From Cyclobacteriaceae bacterium (GTDB lineage Bacteria > Bacteroidota > Bacteroidia > Cytophagales > Cyclobacteriaceae), in assembly GCA_034523095.1 (NCBI GenBank), contig JAXHKU010000017.1:5641-69640 (forward strand): a DNA stretch of 64,000 nt, in the 5' to 3' direction. Numbering within the stretch: position 1 is the first letter of the stretch; each line of letters begins with the position of its first letter. Shown here piece after piece: positions 30,880 through 41,762 of this stretch. A model generated the notes under the pieces. It did not search any database, had not been told where the DNA came from, and worked only from the letters and a program-made list of their open reading frames with translations. The translations under genes were made by a program, and so were the position numbers.

Positions 30880-31953
30880 ATGTCATTGAAAAAGATATTG
30901 TTTGTTGTGCCATATCCAGTTGGCGCGGCTCCTTCACAGCGATTTCGTTTTGAGCAATATTTCATGGTTCTCCGAGCGCAAGGTTATAGCTATGAAATTT
31001 ATTCATTTTGGTCAGGATGGGGCTGGAATATCCTCTATAAGCGTGGTTTTTTTATACAGAAAATACTGGCCTTCGCGCAGGGATTGATTGGTCGTATCGG
31101 GTTACTCTTCATAGTGCCAAAATATCAGTACGTGTTTATCCACAGGGAAGTATTGCCGGTTGGTCCGCCTTTTTTTGAGTGGATTATTGCGAAAATATTT
31201 CGCAAACCAATCATATACGATTTCGATGACGCCATCTGGTTGCCAAATACATCGGACCAAAACAGGGTGGTTGCCGCAATTAAGAATCATGGTAAAGTGA
31301 AGAAAATTTGTTCCTGGAGCTGGAAGGTGAGTTGTGGCAATGGATTTTTGGCAGATTTTGCGCGTGAATATTGTGAAAAGGTCATCATCAATCCAACGAC
31401 CATAGATACTGATTATCATGTTCCGTTTATCAATACTTCAGTTCCTAAACCACTAGTCATTGGCTGGACGGGCACACATTCCACCACCCGATATCTCCTT
31501 CCTTTGGTTCCGGTATTCAAAAAATTAAAAAAAGTCCATGCGTTCGAAATCCGCATTATTTCCAATCAGCCTCCCGATTGGGATTTCAACGACTATATTT
31601 TTATTCCGTGGAGCCAGTCCGAAGAGATAGAGCAGCTGCAATATTTTGACATTGGTGTGATGCCACTCGAAGATACAGACTGGGAAAAAGGCAAATGTGG
31701 TTTTAAGGCGTTGCAATATATGGCTCTTGAAATACCAGCCGTCGCTTCATCCGTTGGGGCGAACAGGGAAATAATCGATCATGGGATTAATGGGTTTCTC
31801 TGCCAAAATCAGGAAGATTGGTTTACTTACCTTGAACAATTGATCGTCTCAGAAAAGCTTCGAAAATCCATAGGTATAGAAGGCCGCAAAAAAGTTCTGG
31901 AAAAATATTCCGTTCACTCCAATGCCTCACTTTTCCTTTCACTTTTTGAATAA
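30880..31953 (+). CDS. Glycosyltransferase family 4 (group 1)
   Basis: Intact 357 aa ORF starting directly after the panB stop. It has a C-terminal GT1 signature (KCGFKALQYMALEIPAVASSVGANREIIDHGINGFL). Confidence 0.75.
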   Translation: MSLKKILFVVPYPVGAAPSQRFRFEQYFMVLRAQGYSYEIYSFWSGWGWNILYKRGFFIQKILAFAQGLIGRIGLLFIVPKYQYVFIHREVLPVGPPFFEWIIAKIFRKPIIYDFDDAIWLPNTSDQNRVVAAIKNHGKVKKICSWSWKVSCGNGFLADFAREYCEKVIINPTTIDTDYHVPFINTSVPKPLVIGWTGTHSTTRYLLPLVPVFKKLKKVHAFEIRIISNQPPDWDFNDYIFIPWSQSEEIEQLQYFDIGVMPLEDTDWEKGKCGFKALQYMALEIPAVASSVGANREIIDHGINGFLCQNQEDWFTYLEQLIVSEKLRKSIGIEGRKKVLEKYSVHSNASLFLSLFE

Positions 31954-33242
31954 CCAAGCAGTATAAACAAGCCGGCGACGAAATAGGGGTACAATGGTAT
32001 TTTGTATCGCACCAATGATCCGAAATTATACGTTGACACGCCTACCGCGAATGCAAAAACAATAGCAAATACAAAACAAAAAGCCAGTATTGGGTGTGAT
32101 GTGATCATCCGTATTGAGCCGAAAGGACCGGTCCTATATAGTACAAATAGGGTAAAAAACAGAAGAACCAGGGATTCCAAAGCAGACAACAACATCACGA
32201 TATTATGCGATTCCCAGAGGTATGGCCGATACAACGTGACCCAGATGGCCAGTGGCATTTTCCTCAACATGCCCGTCGGCGAATAGTCAAAATCCCCCAG
32301 CGTATATGCTGATCCCCCTTGTTGTTCACTGACATAATGAATCCATTCGGCGGTGATTTGAGCGGTTGTTGCTAACTGATCAACGTCATACCGCGGATTG
32401 TCTTCTCCCACTTTAACGATGGAATAATAGCCTATGACACCGGCAAGGATTAGTACAACGGGGGCCACCATGATTTTCACCAAGGGATTCCGCACTTTAG
32501 AAATACCGGAATAGAAGACCCACAAAATCGCCGCCGGGATAAAACATAACAGGATGTAAATTTTTATGGTATAAAGAGAAAAAAAGGCAATCAGCAGGAT
32601 AACGATATTGAATGGAATCTGATTTCGCAGCATAAAAATCTGGTAAACATTATACGTCGCCCAGCCCAGCGCTCCCAATGTGATGGTGTCTTTCATAATG
32701 CCCGACCCCCAGAAAAATACCGATGGCACGAAAAATATTCCGATAGCAATACCAAGGTGCCTTGCCGGGTATAACCTGACAAAAACATTGTATAAAGCCC
32801 AGAGTCCACTGAAGCTGATGGCGGCAAATAACGTGGCTGTAGCCGAATAGGTGTGAAATGTCAATATGTCTAGGACGCCCGCTATGCGAACCACAAAATA
32901 GGACGACAAATCACCATAGGTATAGATTTTGGTAGCATATTCAAATGTATCGGTGGCATAATCCTTTCCTGCAAAAATAAGTTTCAGCGCCAACATGGGT
33001 TTTTCGTGAAATGCCTGATAAATATACTTACTGCCCAGATTGAAATAAGTAAATGTGTCCCCCCCTCCATAGTAAAACTGGTATATGACCCCAAGGGCGA
33101 TGGCGCCAAAAAGTTTTACGGACAATGCCGGAATAAAATACCTTTTGGTGAGGGCGTTGGTAACGAATGGCCTTACGGAATAAGCAACAATAATGAGGAG
33201 TGTCAGGAAGAGTGGAGTGACGAATAAATCCCTAATCTCCAT
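31914..33242 (-). CDS. Polytopic inner-membrane protein of unknown function
   Basis: Intact 442 aa ORF with about 10-12 hydrophobic helices and one soluble loop (~285-340). I recognise no family. Confidence 0.55.
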   Translation of the reverse strand: MEIRDLFVTPLFLTLLIIVAYSVRPFVTNALTKRYFIPALSVKLFGAIALGVIYQFYYGGGDTFTYFNLGSKYIYQAFHEKPMLALKLIFAGKDYATDTFEYATKIYTYGDLSSYFVVRIAGVLDILTFHTYSATATLFAAISFSGLWALYNVFVRLYPARHLGIAIGIFFVPSVFFWGSGIMKDTITLGALGWATYNVYQIFMLRNQIPFNIVILLIAFFSLYTIKIYILLCFIPAAILWVFYSGISKVRNPLVKIMVAPVVLILAGVIGYYSIVKVGEDNPRYDVDQLATTAQITAEWIHYVSEQQGGSAYTLGDFDYSPTGMLRKMPLAIWVTLYRPYLWESHNIVMLLSALESLVLLFFTLFVLYRTGPFGSIRMITSHPILAFCFVFAIVFAFAVGVSTYNFGSLVRYKIPLYPYFVAGLFILLGYSKSERKSEALE

Positions 33243-34429
33243 CGTCCTTGAGTGATTTCAGGTAGTCCTTGGCCAATTTATTGGCTTCATCTTTTCCCTT
33301 AGAATACTTCCTGACAAGTTTCAGGCAATTCTCAGCCTCTTTTTTCTGGCCGCGTTTCTGATAAATCCTCGCAAGCCCCAAAAGGGAATATTGATAATAC
33401 GCCGATTCGTAGGCCTTTGATTGCTCAGAAAATGTAACAGTGCGCTGGTAATAATGAAAGGCATTATCAGGATCCATACTTGACTCATATATCCGTGCCA
33501 GGTAAAAACAGGCATACCTGCCGCTGATACTTTCGTATCCTACCTTGCCGCTATCAACCTTGGCCAGTAAATCCTCCGATACAATCTTTGCTCGTGCATA
33601 CCGACCTGTCTGGAAGAGCAGCCTTGAGTAATACCGCTGGAAATAGGCATTGTCCGGAAAGGTTTGAAACAGGTACTCCGACTCATGCAGCGCACCCTGA
33701 TAATCATTTTCCTCCGTGAATAAGATACGCATCAGCCAGTACTGGGCTTCCGTGCGGGTATAAAAGGCATTGTGCGCCACCTCGCGCAATTGCTCGAGGC
33801 CCTTTTCTTTATCTCCTTTTGTAAACATGATAAGGAATGGTCGCAGTTGGGGGTAATTCTCTGGAATCCAAACCGAAAAGTAGTTGTATAACCCATCGCC
33901 AAAAAGCAGTTCCGGACTCAACTCACTTTTTCCCCGGCAATCATCCAGGTAGTTTAGGGCTTTATTGGCAGTGCCCGCGGCCTTCAGCCACTTCTTTCTT
34001 TCAGAAAACAGACGCGCTTTGAAACCATTGGCTGCCGAAAGGAAAAATGCCCCTTCGATTCTCGTCCTCTCATTGTCATAGAGCACCTTGGCTTTCATGA
34101 TAGAGGAATCCATGTAGGCATAAAATTCTTCATCGTATTTCTCCACAGCCAGATCCGGCATCATCTGCCACCAGATATTCAGGCCAAGGAGGAAATACGG
34201 TAAGGGATGCTCATGATATTTTGTTTTAAACCCAATAAACTGTCGGCGCGCCCCGCTGAATTTGAAATTATACATATCGTTCAGCGCCGTGGGTAACTTC
34301 AATCTGCACATTCATATCGGCAATGAGCAATGAGTCAGGGCCTTGGTTGGACTGAGCCCAGCTTGCCTGAATAAAAAATACAAATGGAATTGTGAGCAAT
34401 AAGAGGTAATTCCTGACGCTAAAACTCAT
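33232..34429 (-). pseudogene. TPR-repeat secreted protein with one frame break near 34290-34310
   Basis: ORF 33232..34311 has repeated TPR-like A/Y/L helices. A signal-peptide N-terminus (MSFSVRNYLLLLTIPFVFFIQASWAQ, ATG at 34429) lies in another frame just upstream. Confidence 0.6.
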
Positions 34430-34563
34430 ACGTTTAAATATAGGCTAATTTTCCATAAGCCACAAAATCCAAAAAGTGCGTACATTTCAAGGCTTTTGGA
34501 ATGGTCACTTTCAATCTCCTTCCAAAACGACCTGCACCATTTAAAATTTGAATTTATAGCAAA

Positions 34564-35211
34564 ATGTTTAAAAATGAATACCCACTCACAGGCATCGCCG
34601 GAGATTTATTGGAAATTAAAAGCTGGCATTTCTTCATATTGCTGTGTCTCCTCACTTTTCTTCTTCTATTTATTAAAAAGAATTTTATTGAATTTGAAAT
34701 TACGGCCTTTCAAATCCTCGATGAACGCGGCGAGCTGGGTATATTCAAGATCCTGACGACACTTCAATACCTCTCGGTTCCTGCCGTTTACATGGTTAAA
34801 TTCACCTTCATCGCCTTTTTTATCTGGGTGGCCAGCTTCGGATTTGGATACAGGATCACCTACGCATCGTGCTGGCAGATCGTTATGGTATCCGAAATCA
34901 TTTTTGTGATCCCGGAACTCATGAAGATTGCGTGGTTTTTATTGGTCCGCACCGATCCCAATTATTTTGAGGTATTGGCTTTTTACCCCTTGTCGCTTAT
35001 GAATCTGTTCAATTTTGAAAATGTGGCTAAGGAGTGGCACTATCCATTGAAAGCCATGAACCTTTTCGAAGTTGTGTATTGGGTGCTGGTGATCGCCGGC
35101 ATTTATGTAAAAAGTCGCAAAGAATACCGCAATGCCGTGTATATAGGTTTGTTGGGCGGGGTGTTGCCTTTTCTTATTTGGCTGGGATATTATGTGATTG
35201 TTTATAAATAA
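34564..35211 (+). CDS. Small integral membrane protein (about 5 TM)
   Basis: Intact 215 aa hydrophobic ORF. No family recognised. Confidence 0.5.
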   Translation: MFKNEYPLTGIAGDLLEIKSWHFFILLCLLTFLLLFIKKNFIEFEITAFQILDERGELGIFKILTTLQYLSVPAVYMVKFTFIAFFIWVASFGFGYRITYASCWQIVMVSEIIFVIPELMKIAWFLLVRTDPNYFEVLAFYPLSLMNLFNFENVAKEWHYPLKAMNLFEVVYWVLVIAGIYVKSRKEYRNAVYIGLLGGVLPFLIWLGYYVIVYK

Positions 35212-35310
35212 TCGCTTAAAAACCAATGTGTTTGCCCCGACATTTTAATAAGATTAGACCGCCATTAAGAAATATATTTGCTAATTTCGCCGCTTAAATT
35301 TTATGAGATA

Positions 35311-38271
35311 ATGCAGAATTATCAGAAGATCAATAATATATCAGGATGGGCAGTTTTTGCCATTGCTACGGTCGTTTACTGGCTCACCGTGGAGCCAACG
35401 GCCAGTTACTGGGATTGTGGCGAATTTATTGCCGTTTCCTACAAGCTGGAAGTTCCTCATCCTCCAGGAGCGCCGCTTTTCCTGCTTATCGGCAGAATGT
35501 TCTCCTTTCTGGCTATGGGCAATTTGCAAGAAGTGGCTTATTGGATCAATATCGCAAGCGTAATTGCCAGCGGATTTACCATTCTCTTTTTGTTCTGGAC
35601 TATAACCCTTCTTGGCCGTAAAATTTTTGCCGTTGAAAAAGGTAATGAAACACCAGCGCAGACAATGCTGCTCATGGGAAGTGGCGCCATTGGCGCTTTG
35701 GCTTATACATTTTCAGATTCATTCTGGTTTTCGGCTGTAGAGGCGGAAGTATATGCCATGTCATCGTTCTTTACGGCATTTGTATTTTGGGCAATATTGA
35801 AATGGGAAGTTATCGAAAACGAAAGCCTGGCCAACAAGTGGATCATTCTCATCAGCTACATGATGGGACTTTCTATCGGCATTCACTTGCTCAACTTAGT
35901 CACGATTCCTGCCCTGGGCCTCATCTATTATTTCAAAAAATATCCATCCGTTACCAGGAATGGCGTCATCGCAACGCTTGTCATCAGCGGGGCCTTTCTC
36001 ATCCTCATCAACAATATAATTATCCCGGGTTTCCCATGGATTGCCGGTAAATTAGAGGTTCTTTTTGTAAACGGGTTAGGAATGCCGTTTGGCGCCGGAA
36101 TCATTTTCTTCGGAATCGTACTGATCGCAGCGCTGGTTTATGGAATTTACCAGACACAACTAAGAGCCAAAGTGCTGCTCAATACGTTATTGGTAAGCCT
36201 GGCATTTATCCTTATAGGATATTCATCCTATACCTCCATCATCATCAGGTCAAAATATAATCCTCCTATCGACGAAAACAACCCTGAAAACGTAATGTCG
36301 TTCGTTTCGTACCTGCTGCGTGAACAATATGGCTCCCGGCCATTGCTCCATGGGCAATATTTCGATGCGAAACTCGATGATCAGGTCGCCGGTGCCCCGA
36401 TCTATATAAAAGGCAAGGATAAGTACGAAGTCTCTGACAGAAAAATTGACTATGTATATGATCCTCAGAGGACAACCATCCTGCCGCGTGCCTATAGCAA
36501 TGATCCTAAACACGTTGGCCTTTACCGGCAGTATATGGGCCTGGGAGAAAACGAATTGCCAAACTTCGTGGATAACCTCCAGTTCATGTTCTCCTACCAA
36601 TTGGGCCATATGTACACGCGCTATTTCCTATGGAATTTCGCCGGAAGGGAAAGTGATCTCCAGCACGCCGACTGGCTGGCTCCCTGGGATGCCCTCAAGG
36701 AAGTACCTGCAGAATTCGCAACGAACAAGGCCCGGAACAATTTTTTCTTCCTGCCACTACTCATAGGATTGATCGGTGTTTTTTACCATTATGCTAAACA
36801 CAGGAAAGACTTTTATGTACTGGCAATTTTATTCTTCCTTACGGGAATAGCACTGGTACTTTACCTGAACTCACCCCCTGTAGAACCACGGGAACGCGAT
36901 TATATTTATGCCGGATCGTTTTATGTCTTTGCCATGTGGATCGGCATTGGCGTAATGGCGCTGGCGGAGTTTTTTGGTCAAAAGAGCGGAAACATGATGC
37001 GCGGGGCTGTTATCGCCACGGCTGTTACATTAGTCGTTCCGATCATCATGGCACAACAGGGATGGGACGATCATAACCGGACCAATCGCTATTTCTCAGT
37101 CGATTCAGCAAGAAACTTCCTGGCGTCCTGCGAACCTAACGCCATACTTTTCACAGGTGGTGATAATGATACATTCCCACTGTGGTATGTGCAGGAAGTT
37201 GAAGGATTCAGAACTGACGTACGCGTAATTGTACTCAGTTATTTCAATACCGACTGGTATATCGACCAAATGACCCGCCAGGCATATGAATCTGATCCTT
37301 TGCCATTTTCACTGTCTCATGACAATTACCGGCAGGGAGGCCCGAATGATTACTTGCCGTATATGGAGAATCAAAACATCAAAGGTGGCGCTATCAGCCT
37401 GAATCAGTACCTCAAACTCATCCGCGAAGATCACCCGGGACTGAAGGTTCCGACAAGACTGGGAAGCTATAATTCCATTCCATCCAAATCGCTTTTTTTA
37501 CCTGTTGATTCTGCCGGAGTCATCGCGAAGGGAATCATTCCGAAAGGCATGGAATCACTCGTTACGAGTCAGATGGTTTTCAATCTGACACGCGGCGGTC
37601 TTGAGAAAAACACGCTGATGATTCTTGACCTTATCGCTAACAATAACTGGGAACGGCCCATCTATTTCAATAATACCTCGCTCCAGGGTGTCAGCGTTCT
37701 TCTCAAGGATTACGTGGTTCAGGAAGGCGCCACTTACCGATTGCTGCCTGTGCAAAATCCCAGCGCCCGTGCTGAACTGGTAAATACGGAAATCATGTAC
37801 CGAAACGTAATGGAGAGATTTCAATTCCGTGGCCTTAATGACCCAAAGGTTTACAACTCGAAAGATCACAGGGACTTTGCGCTGAACCATCGCTCTACCA
37901 TGAATAGCCTGGCTGCTGCCCTAATCCGTGAAAACAAAACCGAACAGGCACGAGAAGTCATCTTTCGCTCATTAGAGGCTATACCTGACAACTCGATAAT
38001 TTATGACTATACAACCGCCCAAACCATTAAACTACTTTACAATATTGGCGAGAAGGAAAAGGCCAGGGAAATCGCGGCGATCATGGGAGAAAGGGCCAAT
38101 GAGGCTTTGATTTATTTTGATAAATACAACCTTTCGATCGATAACGAGACGCAAAAGAACATCGTAATTCTGAATGATCTTGTGACTACGCTAAAAAGCC
38201 AGGGTGAAACTGAGCTTGCGCAAAAATTTGAAGAATACTTCGTGACGCATTATTCAAAAATGAATTCCTGA
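35311..38271 (+). CDS. DUF2723 (TMEM260-like, GT-C type) large membrane protein with a C-terminal TPR region
   Basis: Intact ORF (TTG at 35278; first ATG at 35311). It has the hallmark N-terminal block YWDCGEFIAVSYKLEVPHPPGAPLF, about 10 TM helices, and a large soluble C-terminal half. Confidence 0.8.
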   Translation: MQNYQKINNISGWAVFAIATVVYWLTVEPTASYWDCGEFIAVSYKLEVPHPPGAPLFLLIGRMFSFLAMGNLQEVAYWINIASVIASGFTILFLFWTITLLGRKIFAVEKGNETPAQTMLLMGSGAIGALAYTFSDSFWFSAVEAEVYAMSSFFTAFVFWAILKWEVIENESLANKWIILISYMMGLSIGIHLLNLVTIPALGLIYYFKKYPSVTRNGVIATLVISGAFLILINNIIIPGFPWIAGKLEVLFVNGLGMPFGAGIIFFGIVLIAALVYGIYQTQLRAKVLLNTLLVSLAFILIGYSSYTSIIIRSKYNPPIDENNPENVMSFVSYLLREQYGSRPLLHGQYFDAKLDDQVAGAPIYIKGKDKYEVSDRKIDYVYDPQRTTILPRAYSNDPKHVGLYRQYMGLGENELPNFVDNLQFMFSYQLGHMYTRYFLWNFAGRESDLQHADWLAPWDALKEVPAEFATNKARNNFFFLPLLIGLIGVFYHYAKHRKDFYVLAILFFLTGIALVLYLNSPPVEPRERDYIYAGSFYVFAMWIGIGVMALAEFFGQKSGNMMRGAVIATAVTLVVPIIMAQQGWDDHNRTNRYFSVDSARNFLASCEPNAILFTGGDNDTFPLWYVQEVEGFRTDVRVIVLSYFNTDWYIDQMTRQAYESDPLPFSLSHDNYRQGGPNDYLPYMENQNIKGGAISLNQYLKLIREDHPGLKVPTRLGSYNSIPSKSLFLPVDSAGVIAKGIIPKGMESLVTSQMVFNLTRGGLEKNTLMILDLIANNNWERPIYFNNTSLQGVSVLLKDYVVQEGATYRLLPVQNPSARAELVNTEIMYRNVMERFQFRGLNDPKVYNSKDHRDFALNHRSTMNSLAAALIRENKTEQAREVIFRSLEAIPDNSIIYDYTTAQTIKLLYNIGEKEKAREIAAIMGERANEALIYFDKYNLSIDNETQKNIVILNDLVTTLKSQGETELAQKFEEYFVTHYSKMNS

Positions 38272-38356
38272 CACACGAGGCAGGGCCTCAAAAAACAAAT
38301 CCCCAGTGGTTGTCCTATTCCGTAAGTACATGATTTCATTAGTGAATATTACCAGG

Positions 38357-39037
38357 ATGGCTACCCTTGGGTTTTTAATGCTTTTTTGCGTGGCAAGTAT
38401 GTCAAATGCCCAGGACCTGGGGTTATCCTTCTCTTATTTCATCCCAAAAAACGGGTATTTCTCAGTGCCGGTCACGCCATTCTCGATCAGGGGTGTGGGG
38501 TTTGACCTCACAAAAAATATTGCCCTTGAGTCGGGGTTTACACTTTACCGGATATCGGGCATGGGTGTAAAGAACCTTCCCTGGGAATCTGAAAAACCAC
38601 TGATCGGCCCATTTTTCTCCATACTGGTACCGGCAGAATTGGTATTCACTGTCTTCTTTGATAATCAGGCTTTCAAGGTCAAAGGCGGGGGTTTTGCTTT
38701 TTATAATTTCGGCACGAACATCAACGAAGGCAACCTCGACAGGGAACTGCTGGAATATACCGGCTGGGAGGTATTGAACTCAGAAATGCAGGTTTCAAAT
38801 CACCCCGGATTTGGCTACCACTTCGGCGCAGAATACATCATTTACCTTTCCAAAAAGTTCGGAATCAGCCTGGAGGCCTACTACCTCGCCGGGCAGACGA
38901 AGCTGGACATGCAGGGAACGTATAAAGGCTTGCCGCCGGATGCGACTTCACTTGCCGAGGAATTCGTTGAATTTGATGAAGCGATGCTGGATTTTACGGG
39001 TTATGAATTGTCGATCGGAGTGCTGTTTACTCCCTGA
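38357..39037 (+). CDS. Secreted/outer-membrane beta-barrel-like hypothetical protein
   Basis: ORF 38306..39037. Met at 38357 gives a signal peptide (MATLGFLMLFCVASMSNAQ). Beta-strand-like pattern, ending LSIGVLFTP. Confidence 0.5.
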   Translation: MATLGFLMLFCVASMSNAQDLGLSFSYFIPKNGYFSVPVTPFSIRGVGFDLTKNIALESGFTLYRISGMGVKNLPWESEKPLIGPFFSILVPAELVFTVFFDNQAFKVKGGGFAFYNFGTNINEGNLDRELLEYTGWEVLNSEMQVSNHPGFGYHFGAEYIIYLSKKFGISLEAYYLAGQTKLDMQGTYKGLPPDATSLAEEFVEFDEAMLDFTGYELSIGVLFTP

Positions 39038-39932
39038 CTTCCAACTGCTTTATAACCACGGCCAATCCTTCCCGAAGTGAGTGTGGAGCATACCCGAGTT
39101 CTCTTTTTGCTTTCGAAATGTCAAAACCGGTTTTGAGTGGTCGCTTGCCCGTTTCCACAAATTCATTTGCATTGGTCGGTTCGATGAGTGATGAGTCAAG
39201 GTTAAAATCTTCGGCGACCTGTTTTGCAATTAGAAATGGCGTAAGATATTCATCGCCTGAAATATGAAAAATACCCTCTTTTTCCATGCGCCAAATCAAT
39301 TTGCAACCCAGCGCCAGATCTTCCACCAACGTCGGAGTTCGCCACTGGTCATCGACCACCCTGATTTTCCGGCCGTTTTCCAGATTATTTTTCACCCATA
39401 ATACCAGGTTCGACCGGGAAAGGTTTTTACCTACGCCATAAACCAACACGGTTCGGACAATCGCATAACGCAGCCCTGACCGAATGACGGATTGCTCAGC
39501 GGCATGCTTGGATTTTCCATAAAAATTGATCGGATTGGGTTTAGCGGCCTCATCGTATGGGCCTTCCGTTCCGTCAAAAACAAAATCCGTGGAGATGTAT
39601 TGGAAAAATGCATCCAAAGCTACAGACGCTTCCAGCAGATTTTCGGTGGCAATGACGTTGGCAATCCAGCAGGCTTCATTGTCATTTTCACAGGCATCGA
39701 CCTGTGTCATGGCTGCGGAATGAATGATGCATGAAGGTTGTAAATTCAGGACATGGAAGTTCACAAGGTCCTTGTTCGTGAGATCGATATCCAGGTAGCG
39801 GGCCTTCTCAAAACTTACCCGTGCGGGTCCCCTTCCTGTAGCAACAATTTCAACATCAGGTTCACACTCGAGGAGCTCGACGAGCTTTTGCCCAACCAAT
39901 CCGTTTGCTCCGGTAATGAGTATCCTTCTCAA
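39027..39932 (-). CDS. NAD(P)-dependent sugar-nucleotide reductase (RmlD/dTDP-4-dehydrorhamnose reductase-like SDR)
   Basis: Intact 301 aa ORF with a Rossmann motif ILITGANGLVGQ and a YGKSK catalytic Y-x3-K. Confidence 0.65.
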   Translation of the reverse strand: MRRILITGANGLVGQKLVELLECEPDVEIVATGRGPARVSFEKARYLDIDLTNKDLVNFHVLNLQPSCIIHSAAMTQVDACENDNEACWIANVIATENLLEASVALDAFFQYISTDFVFDGTEGPYDEAAKPNPINFYGKSKHAAEQSVIRSGLRYAIVRTVLVYGVGKNLSRSNLVLWVKNNLENGRKIRVVDDQWRTPTLVEDLALGCKLIWRMEKEGIFHISGDEYLTPFLIAKQVAEDFNLDSSLIEPTNANEFVETGKRPLKTGFDISKAKRELGYAPHSLREGLAVVIKQLEVRE

Positions 39933-39936
39933 ATGT

Positions 39937-40788
39937 TTATTGGTTTCTGTACTGTTTTTTCAGCTTCGACGGACTCATACTCTCCACTTTCATCGTCATA
40001 TAAATTTTATCCAGCGGCGCTTCATTGGCCGTTTGTACGGCTGCGATTTTATCGACAACGTCCATACCCTCAACTACTCTTCCAAAAACCGTGTAGGCTC
40101 CATCGAGATGGGGTGCGCCGCCGACAGTGGTGTATTTCTCCAGCTTTTCAGCAGAATAGTCCGCAGCGAAGGAAGTATTGAACTCCTTTTCGATCACCGG
40201 GCGCAATTCAAGCAGTTTCTTCACATAAGCCTGTTCTCCCTGCTGCTGGTAAATAAGTGAAAGCTCCTGTCCGAGCTTACTATTTTCCGGCTTGCGAAGG
40301 TACTGCATCACGTATTGATTCATTCGCCCCACATCAGTAGTAAGTTCTTCTGCTGCAAATACCCGACCCTGGACGATATACCACTGACAACCACTGCTGG
40401 CTTTCTCAGGGTTCATACTGTCAGGATTACGGGCAGCGGCCAGGGCTCCCCGCTCATGGATCAGTGTATCCACGAATTCTGCCGGAATTGTATATTCCTC
40501 CTTTCCCTTGTTCTCAATTTTTTGATAAATATCTCCTCCCTGGATCATGAAGTCCCTGATGATCCGATGGAATACAGTGCTGTCGTAATCACCGTTTTCG
40601 GCCAGTTTCAGAAAATTTGCCTTGTGCTTCGGAGTCTGATCATAGAGAATTACCTTGATTTCCCCATACGATGTTTTAATCGTGACCAGGTAATCTTTTT
40701 TTGCACATGCCGAAAAACCCAGCACGAGAATGAGTAATAAAACCAGGGTGCTTTTCATTATCTGTTGATTAAATGTTAATCTGTTCAT
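39937..40788 (-). CDS. Cyclophilin-type peptidyl-prolyl cis-trans isomerase, lipoprotein
   Basis: Intact 283 aa ORF with a lipobox (LGFSAC) and FHRIIRDFMIQGGD. Confidence 0.85.
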   Translation of the reverse strand: MNRLTFNQQIMKSTLVLLLILVLGFSACAKKDYLVTIKTSYGEIKVILYDQTPKHKANFLKLAENGDYDSTVFHRIIRDFMIQGGDIYQKIENKGKEEYTIPAEFVDTLIHERGALAAARNPDSMNPEKASSGCQWYIVQGRVFAAEELTTDVGRMNQYVMQYLRKPENSKLGQELSLIYQQQGEQAYVKKLLELRPVIEKEFNTSFAADYSAEKLEKYTTVGGAPHLDGAYTVFGRVVEGMDVVDKIAAVQTANEAPLDKIYMTMKVESMSPSKLKKQYRNQ

Positions 40789-40825
40789 CGATCAATTTTT
40801 ACAGCGGTTCGAATAGAATTAAAAG

Positions 40826-41758
40826 TTATCGATGGAGTTCCTTGTTGATTTGTTCGAGAATTTTATCTCCGCCGGATGACAATACATCCTCGCCTGCACT
40901 GTTGCCAATACGCTCCGGTTCCGTCAAAGAGCCGGAGTGGGTTTTGCAAATAAGTTGACGGCCATCGAGGCTGAAAATGCCGGCTGTAAGAATAATCTGG
41001 TCATTGCTAATCTGCGCATTGGCGAAGGCCGGAATACTACAACCTCCCTTGAGCTTTCGCAAATAGGCCCGCTCGGCGAGTAATTTTGTTTCGGCCAATG
41101 GGTTATTAAGGATTTCCCTGATGCGCTTTTTCTTTTCTGTGGAAAGATCCCTGGCCACCTCGATGGCGAGACTCCCCTGCCCAACTGCAGGCGTAAACAC
41201 ATTGAGTGGGAGATCCTGATTCACCATATCTTTATAACCCATCCTGGCGACGCCGGCATAGGCGAGTAATAGTGCATCGCAGTGACCCGACTCCAATTTG
41301 GCGATGCGTGTCTGGAGGTTCCCGCGCATTTCTACGGTAGAAATTTTTGGAAAATAATGCGCCAGTGTTGCAATGCGCCTCGTTGACGATGTGCCGATGA
41401 CAAAAGATGCATCCGGATTGTCCAGACGAAATGACTTGTTAAAACTCAGCAGAACATCATGCTCCTTTTCGCGTGCTGAGAATGCGATAATCTCAAAGCC
41501 TTCCGGAAGAATGCTTTGCAGGTCCTTCGCACTATGCACCGCCAGATCGATGGTGCCATCGGCGAGCATTTGTTCAAGCTCCTCAGTAAAAACCCCTTTA
41601 CTTCCAATTTTCGCTATGGAGACATCGAGAATTTTATCGCCTTTGGTTTCAATGGGGATCAGATCTATTTCGATGCCTTCCTGCTCCAGTTGATCTTTTA
41701 CAAAATGCGCCTGCCACATGGCCAGCTTGCTCCTTCTTGTTCCAATTGTAATCTTCAT
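40826..41758 (-). CDS. hemC: Hydroxymethylbilane synthase (porphobilinogen deaminase)
   Basis: Intact 310 aa ORF with GTRRSKLAMWQA, GTSSTRR, RGNLQTRIAKL and a GGCSIP cofactor cysteine region. Confidence 0.9.
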   Translation of the reverse strand: MKITIGTRRSKLAMWQAHFVKDQLEQEGIEIDLIPIETKGDKILDVSIAKIGSKGVFTEELEQMLADGTIDLAVHSAKDLQSILPEGFEIIAFSAREKEHDVLLSFNKSFRLDNPDASFVIGTSSTRRIATLAHYFPKISTVEMRGNLQTRIAKLESGHCDALLLAYAGVARMGYKDMVNQDLPLNVFTPAVGQGSLAIEVARDLSTEKKKRIREILNNPLAETKLLAERAYLRKLKGGCSIPAFANAQISNDQIILTAGIFSLDGRQLICKTHSGSLTEPERIGNSAGEDVLSSGGDKILEQINKELHR

Positions 41759-41762
41759 GGCG

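Noticed and set aside
35341-36766. Alternative-frame ORFs inside the DUF2723 gene (35346..35621, 35787..36050, 36250..36609 and 36446..36766, among others).
   Set aside because: They are embedded in a 997-codon intact ORF with hallmark motifs. They have arginine/serine-rich shadow-frame composition.
39753-40737. Plus-strand ORFs of 114-142 aa overlapping the RmlD-like and PPIase genes.
   Set aside because: They are antisense to intact ORFs with diagnostic motifs (FHRIIRDFMIQGGD; GANGLVGQ).
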